Assembly (NCBI RefSeq): GCF_001194135.2
Contig: NC_068984.1
Location: forward strand, 30,029,564-30,093,563
DNA length: 64,000 nt
Source: Octopus bimaculoides
Lineage: Eukaryota
Direction of reading: 5' to 3'
Part shown: piece after piece, positions 24,301 through 38,180 of the stretch
Position numbering within the stretch: the stretch's first letter is position 1
Layout of the letters: each line of letters begins with the position of its first letter
Position numbers and translations under genes: made by a program
The notes under the pieces: model-generated
Told to the model about the DNA's origin: nothing
Seen by the model: only the letters and a program-made list of their open reading frames with translations
Databases searched by the model: none

Positions 24301-27300
24301 TGAATGAAATCTGTGAGCTTAAGGGAACAATTAAACGATAAGTGGTATTTTCTGTACAAGAGTAATTGTTGCCCACAAAATAATATTTTTATCACACATA
24401 TTTCTAAAATCGATTCTTGCACTCTGAAATCTTTCTCCCTCTCTCCTCTTTCTCTCTCTATCTCTCTCTCTTACTCTCTTTATAACAAACATATTGTACC
24501 TTAAACTGAAAATTATTCTGAGATTAAATATAAATAACCACAAACGTACTTTTAAACGTGCTTGATGTAGATCTGTTGCTGGATAGATATGCAATCGGAC
24601 AGCTCACGCGTGCCATCCATTCAAATGATAATGACATTTTCACGATAAAAGAAAGGGAATTTAGGCAAAATTTTTGAATGAAAAATAATATTCAATGGAT
24701 CAATTATATTTCTATGACAGCACCTGCATATGAGTGATCATTTATTATTTATTAATGCAATAATAAATTTCCAGTACACATGCATTAATTTTTCATTTGT
24801 TATCTTATTTGTAACGCACATTCATACACCAACGCAAACACCATATATATTCTGCATGCACTCGTGGTCACTTTCTATCCCTTTTGCTTTTCGTATAGAT
24901 ATGTGTGTGAGAGTGTGTATTCCTGTCTGTGTATCTACTTCTCATTTCTCTAATTTTATTCTTTCTTCCTCCATATTGCCGAGTTCATTTTCCCCTTCTT
25001 CTCTCCCTTCTTAGTTTAAAGTGCAATAGTATTTCTCCCCCTTTTCTCGTTCCCTATCACGACATATTTCTGTTTTCCTTCTATCTTTTTTCTATAAGCT
25101 CGCACATTTAGCTCCTCTCTTTTATAGATTCTCTGTCTCCACTTCTCTTTGTATTATGCTCTCTCGTTCAGAGACTTTTTCTGCATTTTCACAAGCTATT
25201 ACAACCTTTGATATCTACTAAGATTGAATATTTCTACTAACAACCGTTTCGGTCTGTTGAAGATTTATTTTATGTTTTAGAATTCCATTCCGGTTATTTT
25301 TTGCCGTTAGTTCCTTTGTTCTTTATATTTATTTTTTATTTGCATTATTTTACTCCAGAAATAACAAGATTAGTTCTGAGTGAGAAATGATAAATTCAAG
25401 ATCTTTATCCAAAAAGCCAATAATTAGATTTGTCCTTCCTCAATGGGTGGCAATCAAAGCTAGACATATCTAGGCAATGAAGAGTGTTGGCTGCCACCAT
25501 TTGTTTTTATCGTTCGACCAGTTGCCATAAACATGATCTTGCAGAGCTTAAACATCTATCAAAATTCACTATCGCTAATGCTGTGCAAGGAATCGTCAAT
25601 GATAATTCAATTTCATTCTACTTGATCATAATCTTAGAGCCAATTATCAGCATTACCCAGTCGAAAGCTTTACGGTTTGTTGTTTCTTCCTGTTATTGTT
25701 CTAAATTGAGAATTTTGCGGAAAGAAAAATTTATGATGGCAGATTCGTATATTGCTGTATATTGAACAACATTTTGTAGCTGTCTTTTGTCAAAATTTCG
25801 CGTTGGAATCGGTTATAAAGTAAAAGCTTATATCTGACTGACATCATCATTGAAGACAAATTACTTTTATTATAAAAAGAAACATTTACTTTGTAAAATA
25901 AATTAAATTAAAAATGAATGAGAATCCTTTGGAGAGTGAGCTGGCAATTTCGAAAGTGAGACATGATCCTATAAAGCAGAGAATGCTTTGTAAAAGTATT
26001 GATTAATGGAATCACATATGAAGAGTTACAATCTTGACTTCAGATATATTCTTGTTAGTTGTCTGTAACTAATAATTCAATGAAATATTGTCAGAAGAGA
26101 ATACAAATGAATAGAAAGGTTTCAATTTCAAATTTACCCGAAACGTTTTTCATGTGTTCGTGGTTGAATCTGTGTGATTCTTTCAGCAGAATAGTTATGT
26201 CGTTACTCTCATATGTTGAAAAGTGGACGAAGAGACGATATGCAGCTGAAATGTCTGCTAACCCAAGGTGGCAAACATGCAAATTATTTAAGCCAGTCAG
26301 TATGCAACCTAAGTCACATTTAATTTCAGTGTTGTTTTCGTCGAACCATTGCTGATGCTTGTGATGGCAGGATCAGAGTATTACAAGGGGTGCAGAATAC
26401 GTAGCATTTGAAGGGACCTCTAACGTTCTGTAGTTTCTGAAATATTTACATTAGATCAATTCTTATCTATTTAATTTGCGAGTGCAGGTTTACTATCTTC
26501 AAGTATGATTAACTTGAAAACTAGGATCGTCCATGCTTTTTGTTGCTTTATTTAAATTCTGAAAGACGTTCCGAAGCATTGCAATGAGTTACGAAGGATT
26601 AGTATTGAATGAAGATGTAAAAACAATATTTTTTATTCTTCTATCTCATAACAAAGTAATGAATAAAATCTCAAGATTGGACCAAGTAGGGGTTCAAGTT
26701 GTTTTATGGTTATTTGGTTACTAGAGGAGTGTGTTTGTAGCAGTGATCAAGTTATTAGCGAAAGGAGAGCTGAACAGTCCATTTGTATTCATTTTGCCTA
26801 CATTCTGTTTGCTGATTATACCAAACCAAGATCAGAATTGGAACCTAACCTAGTATTAAAAATATATATTTAAAGCGCTACGTCCCCCGAATTTATTCCT
26901 CTTGGTAGACGGTGATTAATATAGACCTCGATCATGATTAAATTTCAATTACTTTTGGTAAAATAACTAAATGAGAATATTATGTAATCAATCTGATATA
27001 TTATCTTTCTATTGCGATAACTTTTGTAATTTTATTTCATGTTCCTCTTTAACTTTTAGATAAGTGTCAGATAATTGCACCATCAGCCAAAAAGCTTCAT
27101 GTGTAACATCAATGATACGAGAGAAAAAAGAGAATGAAATCTTGATGATAGCGAACACCAAATTGTTAATATGAACATTCGTATCTCATCAGTATAGATT
27201 TGTTGATGTCGGTTGGCTCCAATGTCTGCTCTGAAAGACAATTGAATTCAATGCAAACATGTCAAATGAACACTCCATCGTTTTCTTCAATGGTGTATAT

Positions 27301-28813
27301 CAAAACAGCATAATGAAATTCTGATCTGTTTGGGTGCTATTTCTAAGAGGTTCAGCGACCATATTGAAGCTTCCTAATTGACTCGGACATTACGGAGAAG
27401 GCGGTAGCTAAGTTATTTTTATAGTTAATTAAAATAGTACCTAAAACATATATTCTAACGATGTTTCCTCCTCTGAACATGAGTATCTTTGAGCATGAAA
27501 ACCAACATAATTTTTACCATCTACGTAGGCCAACATTGCATTAATTACAACCATTAGCGATATCACCATGAAGGAAAGTTCTTTTTAGTAGCAAACCATG
27601 TCCAAATTGGCCACAAACTGCATATAGAAACTTGCTTAAATATGACTTACAAAGTATGACAAACAGTAACATAACTGACAAATTAGCCTTTGTATTTGTT
27701 TACGTTCCTTTCCATTTCAAATTCCCCCCAGTTCAACTTTGTCTTTCCTCTCTCGATCGATAAAGTATTGCCAGTCGATATTCTTTACTCTTTTGTAAGA
27801 GCAAAACTAGAGTCCAGTAAATTAAACCAATGAAATGAATACAAAATTAGAGGAAGTCTACGTTTGGAAGAATTGATTGAGTACATCACTCAAATAGCAG
27901 TTGTTGTTATAGGTTTCAGCAAGCAAAACAAGCACGTGCTGCTTAATCACAATAATAATTACAACTACGTATCATCTACTATTATTGAGTCTGTCAACCA
28001 ATTCACACAGCTTGCAGGAGCGACAATAAATTTATAAGTCTTCCGTTTTACTGACACTATAGTGACATACTTTTCTTAGGTATCCAGTTACCCTGGATGC
28101 ATTTATATCTTCCTAATAGGTTTTAATCCTTTTACAAACCAACATTATTTCTTGATGTCTTTGATCTCTGTCACGTATATAGCGATACTGGATAAAGACG
28201 TAAAGATTAGAAGCAAGTCTAAGCTAATAAAACTAAACATAAAGAATCACGCATAAACAGAACAGCAGTTTAAGATAGATTTGTATTAGGACTTGTTATA
28301 ATGATTTGGTTTTGTTTTACATTTTATTTGTACAAAGAATTAGAAGCTGTTGCTTAGTAATAACCAAATGTATAAAACTGCTTGTCAGCTACCGACAAAC
28401 GATTTTTAAAAATAAAATCATAAATAAAACAGTCTAGCAGAAAATTGTTGATATGAACATGTATTTCAGTTATGATTTAGTCATTCATTTTGTATCATGG
28501 ACTAACGCAAAATTACGATATTTTTTAATGCTTGTCCAAACCAGGATGCGCCACTGTCAATGATGACAACAACAAAAAGTAAGACGATTTCAATAATGGT
28601 TCTTAACATATGTAAAAACACATCTTTGTGTACAGAGTGTAACAGATGCTATTGAATCCGTTACTTTAATATTTATTTTATGGACTTTGGTATGATTCAA
28701 TCTCAAAACATAGCGAACTATTACTAATGAACGTAAATCCATATTGTCTGCCACTCTAGTTTTAATGCGATTCGCCGTTCTAAATAAAAGCAAAAATGTC
28801 TATTCTGTGGATT

Positions 28814-29026
28814 GACAGTGCTGTTAGATGGTTTGCCAAAGTGCTTTCCGGCATCTCTTCTGACAATTTACATTCTGCGGTACCTTTTTTGACAATTTAC
28901 ATTTAAATCCCGCCGTCGTCAACTTTACATTTTATTCCTTCGGATTCAATAAAATGAAGTATCAGTCAAGTACTGGTGCCGATGGAATCAGTTAATTCTC
29001 TTCCCTCAAAATTGCTGGTCATGTAC
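28814..29026 (+). mobile_element. SINE family A, old degenerate copy
   Basis: TTTAAATCCCGCCGTCGTCAACTTT..CCTTCGGATTCAATAAAATGAAGTATCAGTCAAGTACTGG..AAAATTGCTGG. Confidence 0.7.
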
Positions 29027-29781
29027 GTTATACAGTGATGTAGGGCAACAATCATACATTCAAGCAAAAGTACTCTGTCTAAATAAATTCCCTCTTCGTA
29101 TAGATTGATTTTGTGCTTTGTAGATTGTAAGAATGTTAACACAAATACCACGTACAATACTAAGATATATTCGAATAAAAATAGTTGAACTCAGTCTTTC
29201 TGCATTTCCATGGTCAACTAAATGAAGTAAGTACAAGAATAAAAGCATATATACCATTTCTTAACTTCACTTGGCGTTTACACAAAATTAAAGATCCGTT
29301 TTTTTTTTTTTGGGGGGGGGGGTTCTTACATTAAGCAGCTGAAAATCCATCAGAACTCAATTAAGGCGTGTGTTAGTCGAGCTGGAAAATAACCAACTTT
29401 TGCTTTTCACAAAACACATCTCTCATGTATAGTAATTGTTATTCCAAATTTTGTAAATTCATGTGACCTCTTGCATACATGTTGTAGCAAACCAATTGTT
29501 TTTCTAAAGAATCCAACTAAACTGAGCAAAATTAACCGAACTTTGTCAAAGGTTACATTTGGAAAAATTTCCTGTTGTTTTAATGCTGATATTTAAACGC
29601 ATAGTAAACCATTCTCATACTTTTAGTCGAAAACTAAATGTTTATTCCCGGCGTTGGAAACTTTCGAGAAGAATATTCGAAAGAGACACTTTATAATTCT
29701 TTTGGGACTAACTTCGTTTATTAATATATTAATATCTACAATCTCAAATCCCACAAAATCACCAAAATATTCTTTCTACAG

Positions 29782-31077
29782 AAAACATTAACTAATTTCT
29801 CTGCATAACTAGGTTCTTCCACACAATAAACAGTAACGAAAATATTCCTTGTTTTTTTGGCAATTATTTGAGCAACCAAGTAACTTGCCTCTGGAGCTTT
29901 GTCTGATGCCTTCATTCTCTTTGTGAACGTTGAAGCCTACGAAGTATTCCACTGGTTTTGCTGGCAAATTTCCGCGCCTAGCGCTGAAATGAAGCTTTAA
30001 TTTGTTTGGTACTATACTTTCGTTTGCAAGTATATCTCCACAAACTAAACACAGGGGACTAGGGTTGTTTTCATTTCCAGAAAATGTGAAGCCCAGTTTT
30101 ATATAATCTTTGTTGCATAAACGAAGCTTAAAATATTTTCCTCTGCCCTTCGCACTCACTGATGCACGTCATTCAACAGTTGTTTGAGTGGTTTCCATCG
30201 TAGTTTTTTTTTTTCATTGGAAATGTCATCTGCAACTTTCCTTTTCTTAATTCAAAGCTTATCCATTTTGTAGGTAATTTAATTACTATTTATGAATAAA
30301 ACTAAGTTGATTTACAAAGTTATAATAACTAAAAATGTAATTAATATCACCGGTTCCTAAGGCTAAGTACGCGAGACTGATAAGTGTGGCATGAGTTTAA
30401 TGTGATTTCATAATTATTAGATCAACCTCAGTAATGCGTAATAACTGTATAGGTGAGAAATAACTTTAGACAATTTGAAAACAGTTCCAGTGTGTTTTGC
30501 TCACTTAAACAGGTGCGAATTTGAAATTTTGTAATCAATTTACTTCGGACAAAAGAATAGTGCTTGCAATATGTTAATTCTTTCTAAGGCGGTGAGCTGG
30601 ACGAAATACTTAGCTTTATTTCGTCTGTCTTTATGTTCTGAGTTCAAATTCCGCTGAGGTTGACTTTGCCTTTCATCGTTTCGGGGTCAATAAAAGTACC
30701 CGTTACGTACTGTGGTTAATCTAATCGACTGCCCCCTCCCCCCCCCCAAACAAAATTGTGCCTTGTGCCTAGAGTAGAAAAGAATATGCTAGTTCTTTTA
30801 CACTGAATATAATCCAGTGACAATGAGCGTTATATAATGAAGATTACGTGTGCCTTTTTTTTTTCTTCTTTAAATCTCGTCTCCAAACATTAAATGGGAA
30901 ACGATAGCCGGTAGGTACATGCATTGACATGTTCGCTATGCTATCAAACAGATTCTGAAAAGCTGAAACAAATTGGTATTGGATATTTTATATATTGGTT
31001 TCCCGTACGTTTGCAACACACCTACGCCCTGCTGGAGACACATTAATTTGTCGTGAGATACAGTTTGGTAAACACTG
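29782..31077 (-). mobile_element. hAT (Charlie/Buster-type) DNA transposon relic: 5' TIR plus BED-finger transposase N-terminus
   Basis: ORF 29809-30159(-) reads DYIKLGFTFSGNENNPSPLCLVCGDILANESIVPNKLKLHF..KPVEYF, matching Buster/ZBED YLKFGFT..G....P.PQCVICGEVLANESMKP.KLKRHL. Terminus CAGTGTTTACCAAAC at 31077-31063(-), flanked by TTCTACAG, which resembles the NTCTAGAN target. Confidence 0.85.
30585..30782 (+). mobile_element. SINE family A nested in the hAT relic, with 16-bp TSD
   Basis: Full core present. TSD AATATGTTAATTCTTT (30568) / AATATGCTAGTTCTTT (30783). Confidence 0.92.
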
Positions 31078-33495
31078 TTCTACAGAAAGAATGATATCAA
31101 CAGGCTGAGAAGTTTCGACAAGGAAAAGAAGAGGCTAAAGATCTTTCAAGAAAATCTATGTCATGTAGTAGCACTCGTATTGTATGAGCTATATAACAAA
31201 CAGCTGCAATAAGAAATAAGTCAACCAAGTGCTCAAATCTGAAATAAGTGACTATTCAAGAAGCAATCAATTTACTATTTTGTTATATGCAACCCACAAA
31301 CTGCTGAACGAACGCAAGGAGCAAAAACACAAAGGAGAAATATTTTACTTGCATTGTAAGAAAAGGATATGTAAATGCATGTTTCCAGATACTTGAGAAT
31401 GAGTGAATACGACAGAAATCTTAACCATTTTAGGCCCCTTCACTGGTACGTTACCTCACAATTCTGAGGTTTTAATTTTGCAATCAAAGTTTTGATTAGT
31501 CAAGAGACAGCGCCTAAACATAAAAATGCGATCTAAAATGCCGATCATCAGTATTAAGTTAAGAATATCGGCATGATGATATCTTCCTGTTTAGCATGAT
31601 GTTGGGACAAAAGTAATAATGTAATCCTACAGAAATATCGTTGTGGCAAAAGTAATAATGTTCGCTAAAATTAAAAATGCAATCCTAAAGCAATATCGTT
31701 ATCTAATTTCCAAATTTGAAATTGTATTCTTACGTTAGAAGCCGTACTATTTTATGGAAGATTTCAAAGAATTAAAAATTCTAAAGATACTCAAGAATAT
31801 GTTCAAAGCAATACCAAAATACCAAGGGAATTTCAGAAGCCGACATAAATCGGAATAAGTAAACTGCAATACTCTGTATTTATTGTAAATAACAAACTAT
31901 ATAAACCTGGAACAGTTGGAGTTGTTCTCAGTAGTTCTGTTAAAGTCTTCTACATGACCAGCACATTTTGTTACTTAACATGGATAGTGTAATTTCAGTA
32001 CGCTGCACTTTCATAACGCTATGCTACATATATCTTTAAATGATTAAATTAACATCCATAACAACATACCGACTTTGATTTTGGCTGCGATAAATGATAA
32101 AAGTTTACTGAGTATCAAAATTCTGTGTTTGTCAAACTAATAATGAAAATTATATCATTATCTTATATTATCCTCCATTATCTTCTAATTGAAACCTCTT
32201 TTTACAGATTTATTTAGTCTTCAACGATAAAAAATATCTTAATAGAATTAGATAAAACAAAAATATAATTTAAGTATTCAATATTGTGGAAAGAGATAGA
32301 CGTTTCCATTTAAACAATGGTATCTGATAGCTTTAAAGACATACGTTTTAGCCATAATATTTTGATAATAAAATATCTCCTCCAATACTCACATTGCCAC
32401 AGAGGAAACGGAAATGTATCGAAAGCGCGAAAACAAAGAAACGAAAGAAAAGAACATCCAGTTTTCTAAGGCTTTATATATTTGCTCTTATACTTTTATA
32501 TGCCAAATATTATTTCTTATACTTTTATATGCTAAAAAACATATTTTATACAGATCCTCAACCTGCTAGAAATGAAAGCTTAATATCATATCTCTCGGTC
32601 AAACAATAACGTCAAGTTGAATACGCTAAACTTTCAAAAAAGATGAGTCTCATAATATGAAACATCTTTGAATATATAGGTTTTTTTTCAACAGAGCTAA
32701 CCTCGTTTGCTCAACAATCTATGCTTTATATATGTATATTTATAGTTTCAGTACGCGCATGTGCATGTAATGCCAGCAAATAGCGAGAAAGTTAGAGAGA
32801 AAAAGAAATGGTAAGTGATGCATATGTTTATAGAATTGCTTATATGCGTATTTATAAAATCATAAATGATAACAATTTGTCTTAGGTTCGATTGTCTGCG
32901 AATATTTAATGACTTTTTAAACAATTGTATTTATATGTGCTGTTCTAAAACTTCAGTACACAAATATTTTGCACACATTAATACTCACAGAATTGTTTTA
33001 TGTGTCGGACTTTTTTCCCAAGTGACCTAGTGACAGCTGATTCAAGCCTAAAGGTTTAGGTTGATGATTGATAAAGCGTAAAGATTGATTACCTTTCAGG
33101 AAATCAACTAACAGCAGATTCTAGTTACAAAGGCAAAGAAGAGAAAAACAATAGAGTGTTTGCTGAATCACGGAGGACAAGAGAAAAATAGAAAAATAAC
33201 CTAGTGTCATGTCACTTTTCATAGCTTAGAATTGTCTTAAAGTCTTTTGTTTCAATGGTTTTTACCTACGATGTATGGTGATTTAAAAAACGGTAAATAT
33301 TTGACATCTAAATTATGAGCTCAATCCTTTCTTTTGACAACATTGATCTGCATATAATAAACCATAGTTTTGGTAACATGCTTTTGTCTCAACGAATAAG
33401 ATATCTATGCCTATGGCATCCGCAAATCTTAGAAAACAATTAAGGTGATGTGTTTGGAGTGTTTACAAAATTTGATGATGTTTATACATTTTTAG

Positions 33496-33624
33496 AGTGG
33501 TCACCCCACTCCACAAAGTTACATTTTGAGCTACAAAATTTGAAATTGGGTTCAATAGAAAAGCAGCTGAGATTTCAAATATGTGAAGTCGAAAAGGGGA
33601 GAATAACGCCTGAAATCGACTTTC
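33496..33624 (+). CDS. Candidate exon A (129 nt, phase 1-1) of an unidentified spliced ORF
   Basis: Acceptor tttatacatttttag, donor C|gtaagc, open frame WSPHSTKLHFELQNLKLGSIEKQLRFQICEVEKGRITPEIDF. Confidence 0.3.
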
Positions 33625-33722
33625 GTAAGCACACACACACACACACACACAAACTAATGAAGAATATGTAGTCTTCTATCTCAAGGGAGGGGCTGTAGAA
33701 GAGTGTGTAAATAGTATTGCAG

Positions 33723-33920
33723 ATCGGAAACTGATGGTCCCGACCTGCATTGATAGTCAACATTGGCTTCCGCAGGTGGCTGTGGACGTAATGGAAGAAA
33801 GTGAGTTTTTCAAGATTATGGATTCCTTTTCTAAAGAGAAATATAAATTTCCTTTTTGGGTCCCCAGTCTGTTGCTGCGGCATTGCCTGCAGGCGGCAAG
33901 GGAATTGATTAGGACGCTTG
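33723..33920 (+). CDS. Candidate exon B (198 nt, phase 1-1)
   Basis: GC-elevated open frame RKLMVPTCIDSQHWLPQVAVDVMEESEFFKIMDSFSKEKYKFPFWVPSLLLRHCLQAARELIRTL with donor TTG|gtaaga. The acceptor is uncertain: AGs ending at 33671, 33698 and 33722 are all in frame. Confidence 0.4.
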
Positions 33921-34122
33921 GTAAGAGGCTTAGCGCCTCAATTTACGTTATTATTAGAGGTTTATAACTCAGTTTGCTTTTCATTTGTTAATAAAAAAGA
34001 AAGAAAGAAAAAAGGAAAAGAAAAACAGTGTTTTCGAGGGGTAATCGATCGGCGGGTGTCGTTGCCCCTCTCATCTATATCATTTTGTATCTCATTTCAT
34101 CTCTTTTTGTATTGTTGTCCAG

Positions 34123-34178
34123 CCGGCATTGCTACTGCAATACTTTGTAATGCCCGAGTGGCAAATTTCATGAAATAA
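34123..34178 (+). CDS. Candidate terminal exon C (AGIATAILCNARVANFMK*)
   Basis: Long polypyrimidine tract ending ttgttgtccag. Phase 1 is compatible with exon B. Stop at 34176-34178. Confidence 0.35.
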
Positions 34179-34316
34179 AGTACAGTAGAATTTTACTTCT
34201 TAGTTTCCTTTAGAGCTGACGAATTAGGCAAACACTACTGTAGAAATCTTGTTCTGTACTTTTCCATTTGTAATAACTTCAGAATATTAACATGCATGCG
34301 CCCGCATTTTTCGTTG

Positions 34317-34359
<43 letters not shown>

Positions 34360-35976
34360 AATACAAATATGTATACATATATATTGGATGATTTATTATC
34401 CGTTTGATAGACACAAGCACGCATCAGCAAATAATTTGCTGATTTCTATGAACGAAAGTCGCAATTCTTGTTTAAATTTATTGATCCGGAGGAAACCCTG
34501 ACTGAAGACATACAACCAGATCAAAACACCGTGGTGTCTTAAATCCCCCTCACCTAAAGGAATCGAGTGTATTGTTAAATAAAATCGTTTGAAAGGAGAA
34601 TTTGCATCTCCGAAAACAAAAGGTAGCAACTATACTATATTCCCGCTCAAATATTTGAGAACGTATTTAGAACGAATACGTACGTCATTGCTTTGATTCT
34701 CACTTTTCTCCGTGCATATAATGAATTAATATATATCTATATATATATTGAAACATCGATGTATGTCGCTCTGTAAAGAGACTTGATTTGAGTTTCTTCG
34801 CTTATCCATGACTAGCTTTCAGGTGCTTTTAACACCAGGCGCATTGGGAATGTATTCTCATACTCCAAAAGCGCAGTCCACCAACGAACTAACAACACAC
34901 ACACCTTGTGTACGTGTGTTCGATTTCCTTTATATACCTCAAGCTACTTCTGATTAATACTTAAATTTTTTCCATGGCATGAAACGTTGGAATATGTCAG
35001 CAGATGATTTTTTAAGTCATTTAGCATATAGTCATAGTCGGCGATATAGGACTTGTTCGGTACGTGGCATTGAAAAGTCAGATGAACATGGGCGCTTCAT
35101 CTGAACACAGATGAAGTCCGGATGAACGAAGAAAATATCTTCATACAAAAGTACAAACCAAGATTTAACAAACTTTAACAGAGTACATACACAAATAACT
35201 ATTCACACACAAAACTCATTCTGCCACTTATCATGAGGAACCTACACAGATAACAATTTAAACTTTAGCCACTGGACAACATACAAACTACATCTGTCCA
35301 CTCTTCCGCCAAACAGATTAAATTTGGTGTGCCTCGATTATAACTAAACATATTTACTCAACTGAGTCGGCCTTCTTCTTAGGTGCAAAATATAGTCATG
35401 TGGTACTAACGCACGAACATAGCGGGTAGCATACAAAAGGTATAAACTTAATCATGTGTTCATTCTCTAAAAACACTTGACAGAAAACATTCAGAGCATT
35501 GATTTTTTGGACATGTTCAGTCATCGGTGTTAGCCTTAACTTACGACGCCAAACATTGTCGCTTGATACTAACACATGGACGTAGTGGGGAACCTCCAAA
35601 AAATGTTTAAAACCACTCATGTGACTGACTCTCCTCTACCAATCAAATCCTATTCAAAACATATACTAATTTAAGCCATGAAATCCTTATAAAAATAGGG
35701 AAAGCTTCAAACACTAGTCAGAAGCAAGACAACTGCAACATAAATTTTGTCTTTCTATTTGAACTTTTTGAAAATCAGTGTAAACTCTAAAACCGGTTAA
35801 AGTTTTAAATATGTTAATAAAAAATATTTTAACTATTCTCAGTGCANNNNNNNNNNNNNNNNNNNNNNNNNNNNNNNNNNNNNNNNNNNNNNNNNNNNNN
35901 NNNNNNNNNNNNNNNNNNNNNNNNNNNNNNNNNNNNNNNNNNNNNNNNNNNNNNNNNNNNNNNNNNNNNNNNNNNN

Positions 35977-36008
<32 letters not shown>

Positions 36009-37056
36009 AACAATCGAAAGACAAAATTTCAAAGAACCTATTCAGAAAGCACATTTTAATATCCGATTTAAACTATTCCATTTAAACGATCGCAAAGTTA
36101 GATAACCTAAATTTATCGTGAAATATATTTAAAAAATGAATATATATAAGTTATTGATATTGATTATTACATTGTTACAAACCAATATTTTATTTCTCTC
36201 AACGACTGTGTTGTTGAACTCAGTTACTTCACTGCTCATTTTCTATTCTCATATCAAGGCATTTTCCTCCATATCTCATTAGCTGTTGAATCTTTTAGTC
36301 TAACATTAATTTTTGGTTCTTCCTCCCGTAAATCTTTAGTTTTGAGACTACGTTAAATTTTTCACTCATATTTGAAAAATATTCAAGTTGAATTGCTGCT
36401 GCTACTGTTATTGTTACTACAGCTGCAAATGTTGTTCTTACAGCTGCCGCTTACTTCAAATCCACCCGATGGAGCTGAACAATTATTAAGTGCATTTATA
36501 AACCACCCGTCATTTTTCTACACGTAAAATAATTAGTGCTGCATTATCTAATAATACAATAAAGTTTAATTTGATATAGATGTTGCTCCTATTTTAGTAG
36601 ATTAAATGAACGCATAAATGAAACTTTAATATAGGTTTTGAATTAAAGAGGCAGAAGTATCTATTTTCATGTTGCTCTTAGTATAAGGTGAATAGATATA
36701 CGGATATAGACATTTTTGTTTTTCGATCTCAGAAATAAATCTCTGTAGTAATATACCTCTGTTGAAGACTAAACTATTGATTAATAGAGAGTGGGGACCT
36801 TTCGCTCATTATAGCTCATAAGGATGGCCTTCTTCAAGTACTCAAGATATGTATAGCAAAATATATTTTGTTTACTACGTTGTGCTACTTAACTTTAATT
36901 TTCTATAGGAGTTTTAAAGTATTCCATAAAAGTGTAAGTTTGTATGTTTTTTTCATTTCTGCATTATCGATAGTTAGATTTTCAAAATAAATTTAGTTAC
37001 ATATTTGTGTATATTTAAACTATTTCGTATAATGTAATCATACGAAATTTTCTTCA

Positions 37057-37599
37057 ATGTCGACTTCTTATGTAAAATTACTTGCACTTGCTTTAAGCAA
37101 TTTTAGGGGTATGGAAACCGTTCTCATACAGTATCCAGTCATTGACTTAGTTTATGGTATCATAGCTGAGCTTCACTCACCACAAATAACTTATGGACAT
37201 TACGTTTTCTTGCCGTTGAATTCAAGAAATTATGTAGCAGTTATCCACTTAAAGACAAGTATACTTGACTGGAAATAGTAGACAATTATTATCTCATCTA
37301 CTTTGAAGGAGAAGCGGAAATTTAATATTCTTAGCTTGTTCGATATCCGCAACGATGCTGTGTATGTCCCTTTTTTAATCAATATCGAAGTGAAAACCGT
37401 TGGTGGAAATCTCGCGAGAGTATATATGAGACAAATCACATGTTGGGATAGTGTTTCAAGTTTAAATAACCATGATTGTGTGGGATTTATCTACCAGAGC
37501 GACAATGATTTGAAGACTGGCGATTGTAGTAATCTGGAAACTAATGATTGCTTCATAGTTATCGGAATGTGCACGGCTGGCAAATGTATTTTTAAATGA
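37057..37599 (+). pseudogene. Possible decayed or spliced coding segment with Cys-rich C-terminus, unidentified
   Basis: A single frame is open for about 180 codons except for tandem TAG TAG at 37276-37281. It ends TCWDSVSSLNNHDCVGFIYQSDNDLKTGDCSNLETNDCFIVIGMCTAGKCIFK*. Confidence 0.3.
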
Positions 37600-37672
37600 A
37601 GCTGAATTAATGGCGTCATTAGCAGATTATCACAAGTATCTGTATAAATCAGCTGCCAGTTGAACAAGACGG

Positions 37673-38180
<508 letters not shown>

